A stretch of DNA of 64,000 nucleotides from Ophelia neglecta (taxonomy: Eukaryota), in contig OZ260661.1 in assembly GCA_965285935.1 (NCBI GenBank), positions 82,398,001-82,462,000 of the forward strand, given 5' to 3'. Of the stretch, positions 47,623-60,400 are shown piece by piece. Every line of letters starts with the position of its first letter. Within the stretch, counting starts at the first letter, position 1. Position numbers and translations under genes: made by a program. Below the pieces are notes generated by a model. The model was given only the letters and a program-made list of their open reading frames with translations, made no database searches and was not told where the DNA came from.

Positions 47623-50600
47623 ATGCCAGCAAAGAAGGGGTTTTGCTGGTGTATAGGGGGGTCTGCACCCCCTGAAATTTCATATGGATTAGAAAATGGG
47701 GGAATGACCCTTAAACCCATTGAAGTGGATATTCCAATGCCACAAGATGAAAATGAACTCAATGCATTATTTGCGGAACTGGTGGTAAGTGCAATATTTC
47801 AGATACATAATTTATTAGTAATGTACGTTAAAGCCAATGCTACATGTTGGTGTAGTGGAGCAGTGCAATGTGTCATTTTTCATCATATACTGCTCATGTT
47901 GTATATACAGGTACTGCTCCCTTCAACATGTACCATGCATGCTCAGTATTTCCAGGATACATAAGACATATTTACCAGTCAGCTAATAAACCCAACCCAC
48001 ATGCTGCATTTTGCCACATCCTATATTTCATATTTGAATGCCAAGTATGCTTCCTTAATCTGTAGTATCTACATAAGCTGTCCCTAATCTCTTGCTGTCT
48101 ATGGGTGCTGGTGAGATTTAAACTGCTCTTGTTGTTATAGTCCTTAAGAGCTGGGTATAAATTCAAGCCATCACTGCCATGTGTCTGTGATCAGCCTAAT
48201 GAGACCTCCAGTACACGACTCCCCTCTGACCAGATAACTGGCGACCTGCTCTAAGTGTTATGCCTAGCCCCTGTCAGTCTGATGTTTATTAGGATGCCTA
48301 GCCTCATAGGCCTAGCTATTCTATTGAGTTTACATTTTAAAATATCTCCTCTCACATCAGCAGGAAGCCTCTGGGACATATATCTGCTCAACTTAAAGAG
48401 TTTTCAAAAAAGCTTGACCTCACATCCAGCATGGGTGCCATTAATAAAACCGAAGAACTTGAGCATAGTGAGATCTGTTAAAAAATAATAAAACTCACTA
48501 TAGATATAATCATTGCCAGACTCACTAATAAGTGTGACAGGAAAGTATGAGATTTAAATGTTGGCTGGGTTCATTTGAGGGCACAGGTACTAAATATTGT
48601 GGTAACCTCAGTAGGAAAAGTGACTTTGTTGCACACTTTATTACGAAATAATTAGTTCCCTGCTGTAAACAAAGCAATAAGAAATCTGTGGATATGAGAA
48701 GCATTCAACCTTTAAAGTGGGACCTACAGCTGCACCTTAAGGATTCTGCCAAGCACTCTAGCATCTGTTACTGAGCCAAGCTCGGAGAGATTGTGGCTTA
48801 TTCCATGCAGTCTACCCACAAGGCCTTTGACTGCCTGAGGAATTTTGGATGGATATAAGCCTAGAACCACAGGTTGTCCAATTCCCTTCAAATAGGTCCC
48901 TGGTGACCAATGCTGCATGGCTATTGGTTTGAATAGCCCGGAGCTCCCTTGACCATGTATCAGAGTAAATGACCATCTCTTGTCTAGCGGCCTAGTGGGA
49001 TTAGAGATTAAGATTCCTTTGATGACTCAAATTGTCCATTGTCTCCTCACCCACTGTGAATAAAGACAATGGGTCCGGTTTGGCTGTTAAACAGGCTTCC
49101 AGCAATATCTGTGTAAAGTATGTTTAATAGAATTCACAAATTGATCATTTGGTGTCCCAGTGTGGGCTGGTGGCTTTAAAATGTTAAACTTCAGCTTTAC
49201 AAGAACCATGCCTGGGTAGTGAATGTGTTAAAAAGTGACAAGTTGCTACCTCTTAACAAAGCTTATCACAAACTAACAAAAAATGTTAGTTGTTGGTTGA
49301 GTAATCTCTTGCAAAAAAAAGTGACTAGGAGTCTTTTCACCTAAGGCATATAAAACAAAGATATGAAAATTAGAAACTACATGTCTTTGTTAAAATACTG
49401 ATTAAACATATTGGTTCAGTGCCTTGATTTATCAGATTATTTCAAGAGACTCTTACTCCCACTAAAACATCTAAGTAGAATGTTCCAGACAGCAGAGTTT
49501 TTGTTTGTGGATGAGTATCCATTAGGTGGAGAAGGAATTGGAAACTCTTGATAGTTTGTCAGAAAATTCTATCAGTCAATCTTTAGTTCCACTGAACATT
49601 CTGTGTGCAGAAGTCACTGTGTGCTCCAACATGCTGAATACAAACATGAAACCTGCAGATTTTTTTTGATTATTTTCTCTTGTAGCAATAAGAGGGTGCC
49701 ACCTGTACTAATGGGACTTGAAGGCAGACAATCCCTAAGCAAGGTAGTTACTATTTTTGTGGAGAAAATTTATCTGAGTGCCTTCCAAATAAAAAGCAGA
49801 AAGGTAATCTGTAGGCAGCAGGAGATGTAGTTAGTTTACAGGTAACACCAGATGCCAGCAAGGCTTGTTGAAGGACAAATCCCCCGTCTGCCTACCACAG
49901 CTTACCCACAGCACACATGTGCTATCTGCTGATATGAGCTATACCTGCCAGTAATTTTTCTTCTTTTTCTTTTTGTTGAAATGCCACAAACAGCTCAAAC
50001 ATGGGTGTTTTCTCAGCTCACTTGTACTATCATGGTTATTTTACTCTCCAGTTAATCTTTGAATGATACACTCAACTGAATAATGAACAGAATTTTTATG
50101 GCTTCTAATCTTAGCACTGAGTATTGTGCTTCTAAAGAACATGATTGTCAGTAGCAAAAGCAATTTATTTTATATTTGCTGTTCAGGATTTGCTCATTTT
50201 TTCAATGCTTGAAACTTCTACCAATGGCTTCGGGGCTTATCATGATGCACATCTTTATCTAAAGCGCCCTGCGGCACTTGGGCCTTATCAAACAGACCCA
50301 AGTTAGTGACACCCTGGTGCAGCTTACCCCGGGGCATGAGTATAACTTAAGCTGAGTTTTGGCCAGTTTTTCACTATATCCCCCCTTCGTCTTAGGTGGT
50401 CAGGTCGAATGGTCAAGTCGTATGTTTTAATAATCCCTTGTATTTATAGATATTTATGCAGAAAGTCAAGGGAGTTATCTTATTTTTACTCTGGTGATTT
50501 GAGACCAATGTTTAGGGAGGTGGATGTGTTAGGAGCCATGAAGGAAGGCAGAATAGAGGCAGATGGGAAGGGATGCAGGACAGCGGCAGATGTGAAGGGA

Positions 50601-53600
50601 GCAGAACGGAGGCAGACGTGAAGGGGGCAGAACAGAGGCAGATGTGAAGGGGGGGGGGGGCAGAACAGAGGCAGAAATGAAGGGGGGGGGGGCAGAACAG
50701 AGGCAGACGTGAAGGGGGTGGGGCAGAACAGAGGCAGACGTGAAGGGGGGCAGGACAGAGGCAGACTTGAGGGGGGGGAGGGCAGAACAGAGGCAGACGT
50801 GTAGGGGGTAGAACAGAGGCAGACGTGAAGGCGGGAGCAGAACAGAGGCAGACGTGTAGGGGTATAACAGAGGCAGACGTGAAGGGGGGCGGGGGGGGGG
50901 GCAGAACAGAGGCAGACGGAAAGGGATGCAGGACAGAGGCAGACATGAAGGGGGGGGGGGGGCAGAACAGAGGCAGACATGTAGGGGGTAGAACAGAGGC
51001 AGACGTGAAGGGGGGGGGGGGGGCAGAACAGAGGCAGACGTGAAGGGAGGCAGATGATTTTAAGCACTTTAAACTCCTATCATGCCTATAGTGGTTGACT
51101 ATGGACACAAGATAAAAACATGAGGTATTTATAAGTACACCAGCACACTGTGGTTATAGAAGAATAATATTTGCTAACTGTTTTATCAAAGAAATATTGA
51201 CACTTTTCCTGTCATTTTAGCCTACAATAAGTTAATTAATAACCATACACATATTTTATACAAGTAGCATTGATTTGACGTCTTTATATCATACTAGCCC
51301 AGCAGCCATATACAGTTCATATGGATGTTGACCTTGTAATTATCATCAAAACAAAGTTCTAAGCAGTATACACTTAGTTTTTCAGTCAGCAATAACAGCA
51401 CCACCCAATGAACTTTTCAAGTGATTCACAATCGGTGCAAAGAAAATATAGCTTCCAGACTTTTGCTTTTGGTACAGGCCGGGAGTGTCACCCAGTAATC
51501 GCAATTATAACAAAAATGTAACTTTTTATCTGTTGTCTTGTGATGTGTCTCATGCATTTTTTAAGTTTGTATGTTCTAGTTGAGAATCCTTTATTCTGTG
51601 TAATTGTGCTGACAAGTTGCTGATAAGTAGTATTTCTAGCATTGAAAGGTGATCTACTAGGCCTGGCTGTATGACAATGGGAACTATTTTAAAAAATGTA
51701 TTGTTTCAAGACCAGTGGAGCATAAATGTACCAGGTAGTACCTAGCAGACAAAAATATATAGGTCACAGAACTTATAGATAAATTACCATTTTAAGTACC
51801 AGTTTTGAGTAACATGCCATTTAAAAAACCATGTGTTCAAAGTCATGAATTATAGCTTCTATCAAGGGTTATAGTGGAATAGACTAAATACATACACGTA
51901 CTTGTATTCTTCTAATGGTAAGGAGCAGACGAAATACAAATGATTTGTTTATGTAATGAAAGATATATATATGTTTGTATTCATGAGTATTAATTTTAAG
52001 TTATCAACAATTATGATTAACGGTAATATACAATTTAATTTATCAGTAGTTGTGTAATGTTAAGTACTGGATTTATTGACACATGTATACACACCTTAGA
52101 TTTAACTTTTTACTATTAATAATATGTCAGTTATTAGAATTTCCCACAAGCAGGGAATACTATTTTCATTTTCCCCACAATAGTTGTCAAATCCTCTTTA
52201 CATCTTTAAAGCACTTGCCTTAGTGTCAACTATCGTTTAAATGCTATGGGATGATAGCCTTGGACCAACAGGATCATGTATTCCCTGCTGCATTTCCAAT
52301 TAACAAAGTCAATTACAGTCACATATATTCATGTACATGTATGTATAAAAAGCATCTCTTCAGCGTCTGTACCATGAGACCACATTTCATGTTTCAAGGG
52401 ACATATACAACAAGTATAGCAAGTTGTAGGGAGAAAAATCATTGTGACATGAGTATGCTTTTCTACAGTGAGCATGAGGCCAGCATGCAGATGCATTCTA
52501 GGCAAAAGCTGGTGCAGAATCTGTCACAGCAGAAGCTGTCACACTTTCTCAAAGCAATCATATGTCTAACAAATTACCATAGAAAGAAAAACATTAAGCT
52601 ATCTCAGATAATTTTTTTTTTAAAGATGTAATCAGTGTTAGGGGATTATTAGTCAAACAGTGCTCTAATTCTAAATGCTAAAGAAAGGCTTGCACAATTA
52701 TATTGCACTGTGATATTTAAATGAATGTGGTCTTGTGCCATGGACATTGAGGGGGTTTTAAAGGCATGTTTTCTGTATGAAGCTTTTTTTTTATCAAACA
52801 TCATCTAAATCCTTGTGACAGAATTATCAGATTGTTACCCAATGTGTAAGATCTTTATCCTGTTGGCCGCTCTCCGCTGCAGTTAAACTCTCATGTCTTC
52901 ATATGGGTTTATATCTGACTACATCTTAGATTACAGTAGACTTGGGAGGAATATTGATTGTGCTTGATTTGTTTCCGAATTGCATCATTGCTCACCATGC
53001 ATAAATACCAACAGCCAATCATGTCGTAGCTACAGTCGGTGATTAGCTGGCATTGTTCATATTCCAGGAGGAACACAATGCAGCCGCTAGATGATTTATG
53101 TTGCTCCACATGTTAACTGTGTCTGGTGTTATGAAGGCCAGTGCCCCGCTGGTCTCCTCTCTCAGCCCCCACTTCAACACCCTCAACCAGAACATCAGGG
53201 AAGGCTACTACACAGATAAATCAAACTGTACTCCCAAAATAATGAGTTGGATCAATAATGTAAAGCAATTTATCCATCTGTGGATAGCTGTATGTCTCAT
53301 GAGGACAGACTGGCTTGAAGGACGGGAAGCTGGCTAGCACCTGACAGCACTTTTCCATCTAAGTTTTTTATTCCCCCTTGATAACGCATTGCATGGATGA
53401 TGGTGCCATGGTGTATTTATTTATTGAAGATGAGATTTGAGGGCCTTGACTCAGTCTACATATGAATCAAACATAGATTGGATAACAATTATAGATTTTT
53501 GTCTCCTCTCTATTGCATGGAGAATGCATGCCAACCATGAAAAGATCTTGACTAATGGTCTTTTTGTGTTGGGTCTAATTATTTTCATTTTGGTTGTATT

Positions 53601-56600
53601 TTTATTTACATGTAAGTGATCCCCATTGTGATTGATACAACTGTCAGCGGCAGACGTTGAGGTCAGGGGACCACTGGATTACTGTGCACACCGCTCGATT
53701 GCACACCCTGTCTTGGCTTCCCATGTTGATGCAGGGCCGAGGACCAATATTTACATCAGGCCCTCCTATCACCATGATTAGAGTACTCAGCCAACAATGT
53801 ACACCTGTAAATCATCAGAATACTAAACAAAGTCAGAGGATTCATGTTGGCTGGATTTGATTCAATCCTTGATTTCATTATTGCCACAGCAATATAATAA
53901 TATTATTATACATACATTTTTGTTAGTATTTAATGTACATGATACTTGATAAAAAGAATACACACCATTCTGGTAAAGTTACTAGTATATACACACACAC
54001 ACCTAAAAATTCTCTTTGATAAGCAAACTATTCTGGGTTTTAATGATTCACAACATTAATGGAAATAACTGATGCTATTAAAAGTGCTATTTGAAACTAT
54101 AACATTTATTGGTATTACCTTTATCGGGTATGGCATATTTTGCCTATTGAGTAAACTGTACTACTTGGATTTAACCCCAATCAGTTTGACTATCTGTATG
54201 GTACATCAAATTCAACTGTTTACTAAGTGTACTCAGTGGAAACATAGAAAAAAAGACAAATGTACTCAGATCTTCTCTCCCCCCCCCCTCCGCCATCACA
54301 CACACTGTGACACACAAATACACATTTGTTTAGAAGATATTTGTGCTTAATCCTACAAAAACAGCATTTGTTATGGTCAGTGGGGAGAAATGGTGTCTTA
54401 TCTGACTATCACATATTACAACAATTAACGTAAGTAAATTAAACTATCCCTTCTGTTTCTTTTGCAGGATGAGTTGGGTCTGGACAAGACACACAGAGAC
54501 GCCATGTTCAATCTTCCTGCTGAGAAGAAATGGCAAATATACTGCAGTAAGAAAAAGGTAAATGGCTTTATTTAAACTGTTATTGCTGAGGCTGTATTGT
54601 CTGCAATGGGCATGTACATGTATATATGTATCCAAACTATATCCCATAATGATATTGGTAAATCTTTATGCATGTTATTTAAAGCTTTTTTTGTTTTTGA
54701 CCAGTGCATTTCCTTTAAATTGCAAGATTGGAGAAGAGATAATTACAATTGATACCTGGCCCTTTCCCCAGCTTCAATCCTTGTTTTGTCCTGAATGTAA
54801 ATTAGTCACAAATGCTGCATTGCTCACCCAAGTCAGACCTTGCTCAAGTGCTGTGGGGAGCTATTCCAGGAGCTTGGCTAGAAATGTTTGGACATTACCT
54901 TTTAGGTACTCGGCTTAAACTGAGTTGGGAGTATTGATTACCCACCTAAACAAGAAACATTACAATAGTCATCCATAGTCATCCACACAAATAACCCTTA
55001 TATACAAATAGCATCTCTAAAATTATATTCACATTATAAATTTAACTGTACAGTTGTTAATTATCTGCTGGAACCAATGAGACTGTGAATTCACACTGTT
55101 ATTCCTAGTCATTGAGGTAATTAGAATATACACATGTAGGTCACCACTCCCGAGACTAGGCCTACTTTTTGGAATCATCGGCACGACAGATGTAGTTATT
55201 TACCTAATCAATCGTCTGTGTGTGCCACACAGTAGTCTCCCTTGAGGCAGTGCTGTCTGTCAGATATTAGTCAACTCACGTTGGTTGATTGGTGATAAAT
55301 TATTCTATTACTACTCTTTGGAAACCATAGTAGTACTGTATGTTGAATATGGCTACATTTCTCCTAAGAGAAATATTGGCATTTAGCATTTTCTCTGAGT
55401 AGCAGTCCTACATTATTGCTTCACTACACATGTAGTTTGCTCCAATTAAGGTTAGAGCGGCAGTGTGTATCTATAGGTGTATAGCGATACCGGCTAGCTA
55501 CTCGGGAATCAGTTTATGTTATTGTGAACACGATTGCCATGGCTGTTGTATGACTGCTGTCTGTATTGCTTTATTGCAGCTGTACTGTTGACTCATCTGA
55601 CGTGACTCAGTTCACTCATTAAATGGTCCCTGTCATTATATGGGTTCCTGGCTGTCTAGTACAATTTCCATATGCAAAAGACTAATAATGTCCTTTAACT
55701 CTATCTCGGTCACATTTAAATTACTGTCTATATGCAAATTTGACTGATTTCAATAGCTGATAGCCTGCAGGATGTTTTTTCTGCAAGCGATGGGGGAGAG
55801 TTTGGTAATAGAAGGTACCTGCCCTGATTGATAAACAAATAACTGGATGGATAAAAAAGAATTGAACATTTTATGTTCTGTTAATTATCTCATTCTGTGG
55901 CAAGTAAATGATTTCAAATTAAAATAATATTACTTCATACCTGTGTTTCTTATAAATGTGTATATATTATAAATGAGATTGGTTAAAGAGAGCCTGTCAG
56001 TTGAGGGCTAGGGGCAATGACTAATGAATGTCAATTAAAACAAATGATCTTTATGTATCCTTGGCTGTCATCATTTAACTGACACGACAACCACACATTG
56101 ATTTTTATTCAGCCCTAAATGCATAGGAAAGGTTGACAAGGGTGCTAGAGGCTGTTGAATAAATGAATTAAAAAGGGAACTAATGTAATTGTCACCTCAA
56201 AATAATGATCAACTGCTGGAGGCGCTGGCAGACGACACTGCTCTTCCGATGGTGCCAATATAATGTAAAACATTACTGCAAAAAGTGGCTGATGACCTAA
56301 TAATCAATTTCTGTAATATTTCCATTCAATTCTTCAAATCCTGCATGCTATATTATTGTGAGGCAGCTTGATTTTCATGTCTTATCTAGACACTTAATTA
56401 CTAATTTATTATTTTCTAGTTTTATTGTTAGAAATGATATTTGTCCAAAAGAATTGCTGCATGATGAGTGCAGTTGGTGATAAGTGTTCTATCTGTTTGT
56501 GTGTATTATGATTTATGTTGTATGAGATTAAGCCTTTGGCTTTCATGAACCTTTATTCAACTGCCAGAAAACCCCCATTCAACCTCCTGCATGTACCTAC

Positions 56601-57402
56601 TTTTTCAGTTGTTGTTAGGCACCATTTTATTTCAGCAGGTAGGTCTGATGCACGTGATAGTTTCAGCATGATCACAATTTGTCAGGTTTTTCCCTAAAAT
56701 TTGTATTCATCGTTTTATGCATTTGTCTCTGACATAATAAGACTTTTCAGGCATGTTCTAAACTGCATGTAATCAGCACCGAGTGTTATCACCCAAATAA
56801 TTTTTTGACTGACTAGATAAGTTTGGGATCAATGGGCTCTAGGCAGACAGTTATCAGAGACCTATGTAGGATAATTAAGGGGCATGACTGCTACTACAAA
56901 ATGTTACTTTGTTGATGATAATTTACTAAAATGATGATGAAAATTATATTTTTTGTAAAATGTTCAGCATTTTTAATCATTTTAAGTTTTTCTTCTATCC
57001 TTCACCAGCTTAATTGATACAACAATTTAGTTATCAAGTCAGTCAATCCTGCAATTTCTCCCATCTTGTCGCCAGTCCTGTTACTAGCCAAGACTTAAGG
57101 ATGGTTACTATTCTTGTTGCTGAATGATACTTAAATTTGGTTGTTATTGGCTATGCCAATGAACGTTGATAAACCCACTTGTATCTCACCACTGATTGTA
57201 ATGGGGAACTGAATTATATATTTATGGTTCTCATTGGAGGTATAAAATGTTCCAAAATTTATAACTATCAAATTAAATGAATAGTTCTTGAGTTTGATCA
57301 TAATCTCATTTATGGCCTTTCAAATACCGGGTAACTAAAGTACCACAAACTGTTACTGGCTCATAATTATATCCGCGAAATGCGGATATTATGTTTTCAG
57401 TA

Positions 57403-57441
<39 letters not shown>

Positions 57442-60400
57442 ATTTTAGTCGTTAACGCGATAACTCAAAAACCATTTCGTACATCTTTTTCAAATTCAAC
57501 ACAGCCATAGACCTTATTGAGAGGAGGAACTGATTAGATTCTGGTGAAAATCCAATAATTATTAATTAGTTAAAACAATTAATTAATTACGTCAGAAACG
57601 CATTTTCTGCAATAACACAAAAAATATTTGATACATCTTTTCTAATTTGACACAGCCATAGACCTTATTGAGAGGAAGACCTGTATTTATTCTGGTGAAT
57701 TTCTGATAATTATTAATTAGTTAAAATAATTAGGTCAAAAACACATTTTCTATCATATATTTCAAAGTATAAATGATATTGGCTTGAAGTTTTGTGTCAT
57801 GATTCATGTAATAACTATATACAATCTGTGTAATAAGTTAACTAGTTAACTTTATTAATGACCTGAAAAAAAATTAGTTAAGGTGGTTTTGCATAATTCT
57901 TGAGGTCATATGGAAACAACTTTATTAATGACCTGCCTTATTATTGAGGTTATATAGAACCTACTACAATCTGTGTAATAAGTTAACTAGTACTGTGTAA
58001 TAAGTTAACAAGTTTAACTTTATTAATGACCTGAACAAAAATTAGTTAAGGTCGTTATCTTTTGTGCCTACTAAAACTACCATATTCTCTACCTTGCCTT
58101 ATGCCATGTTCCCCATTCGATTATTGCACGCATTCGCGGATATACCCCTTGCTGTCGGCCCCCCGACAGCGTTGGCCTAGTTATTAAATCAAATTGTCCA
58201 AGGACTGTATGAAAGCATTCAGTTTTAATTAGCCCAGTAGTTACCCTTCTGTAGTAGAAGGCGTCTGTTTTGATCTTTACACAGCCTACGTCTGGTTGGT
58301 CAGTCATAGTCTGATTGATTATGAATCATAAAATTCAGCGAATTGATTATTGTCAGCCTATGATGTAAATTGGCATGTATCTGGGTCAAATGCATGTCAG
58401 AAAAAACACCTGTCTTCATTTGCCTGGGATGCTAGGGGTGGAGACCGGCAATGAAAGCTATGTTACAGTGGCGTGCATTTAGCATGTAGATGCCGTTTGA
58501 AAACCATTTCATACATTTTTTGGACAGAAAATATGACACCATTTGGTGAATAAATTTTAAAAAAAATTTCATGTATTAAAATGGAAAACTTTTCCTGCAA
58601 CCAATATTTTCCATCTACACTTACATGTGAAATTTAAAAATAAAAAAGGAGTGCATCAGCACCGACTTTTTCATAGCTGATAAAAAGTTTGCGAGAAATT
58701 ATTACTCCATTGTCTACAACTAAGCATGGACCACTGTTGCAAAGCTTGCCACATCGAGGTATGACATTTGCAGAACTGGTAGAGTATGTCCACTATGGAG
58801 AACAAAAAATATGTTTCTTCAGGTTGAGGAGTAGGTGGATTACCAAAAAAAGGCTCGACCATGTATATGTACAGTTTTTTTTGTGGGGATAACTCGATTG
58901 GTTGATACATGTATGTTAATTGGTTGGAATTAATCGTTCTTACTAATACTTCACTTCACGTTCAATAAAAAGCTATAACAAGTTGAATATTTCAGGAGAT
59001 TTTAACCTCTCACATTTCAATGTTCAGCCAATAAACCACCAGCATAATTCATATTTCACCACAAGCTGTGCTTTCAATTCATGCTTAAGAAACCAACAAA
59101 AATATTACTTACCCACAAGAAATAGAGGTAAATGTTGATCACAAATCTTTTCATGATTGATATACTACTCCTGGATACTTTAATTTTATTTAGATATGTG
59201 TTATACTTGTCTAACTATTTTTTTATTCTGGTACCAGTTATTCATGCTGTGTTGTTTGTTGTAGGAACAGGAAGATCCGGCATCAGCCAGCTGGCCAGAC
59301 TACTACATAGAGCGAGTCAAAACAATGAGCTCGGTAAGTAGCCTAAGCACACTACTTACACTACTTATATCTACAGGGGTCTAGGAAATATGCATATGTG
59401 TATGCAGATAATACAGAAACTATTTACTAGCAATGTATAAGTTATGTACATGGCAACTCGCAGTAGAATAATTTCAAAACATTGCAGTTAGAACTAGCTA
59501 ACATAATTTTGAATTTAAATCTTTGTTTCTGTGCTGCAGACTACTGTTTAAATTAATTTGAAAAAGGTACATGGCTATTGCAATGTGTTGGCCACTACAC
59601 CTTTGTACATATCAGTTTCACAAAATAAACTGCCTCAGGCATGTCACATGTTTTAGATCCCAATTTCAGGCGTTCTCGAGTGTTGAATAGTTTGATTTAA
59701 ATTCACAGAGATTTTATGAGGTGCCCTGAAGGAAATCCAGGGAGGAGGTTCATTATATTCATTTCAGCTGAACAAATTACTGCTGACACTTTCAGGTTTT
59801 CTTTGCCCACGATGAAGAAGAGATACAGAACAGAATCAAACTAGTCGACAGCCTGAAAACAGCACTGAGGACACAGCCAATGAGGTGGGATATTATTGTC
59901 AGAATTTTGTTATTATATAAACATGTAAACATGACAATAAATTTGCCATACAGGAGTGTTGTAGTTCATGCTGATATATATTAATCTAATGTTTGAAACT
60001 AGAAGTTGACAAATAGTACTGCAACACAGTAGACCTTGTTGACAATCCAGTTTTGATCTTTCAGTTTTGTGATGAGATTCATAGATTTAGATGGACTGAA
60101 CTGTCTGTTTAACTTCCTGAGTACTATGGACTACACAACGGCCCAGAGTGCAATACATACCTCCATCATAGGCTGTATCAAGGCTCTGATGAACAACTCG
60201 GTGAGTAACTATTTAACACTTTGTCACATTTTTGCAAGGAAAAAAGGTTATAAAGTGACAATCAGCTGTCTTGATATATTAAGTAACTAACTGATTATTC
60301 TGCAAAGTTGACAATATTAATAGTTTATAAGCCATAATAATTTATATGTAGTTTGTATCAATATTATGGTAATGATATTCATACAGTGGTTTGATTGTTC

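Noticed and set aside
50486-51108. Long ORFs (193 and 198 aa) and a CRISPR-like repeat/spacer look
   Set aside because: The ORFs are translations of the minisatellite. The 'spacers' are just G homopolymers, the context is eukaryotic and there are no cas genes.
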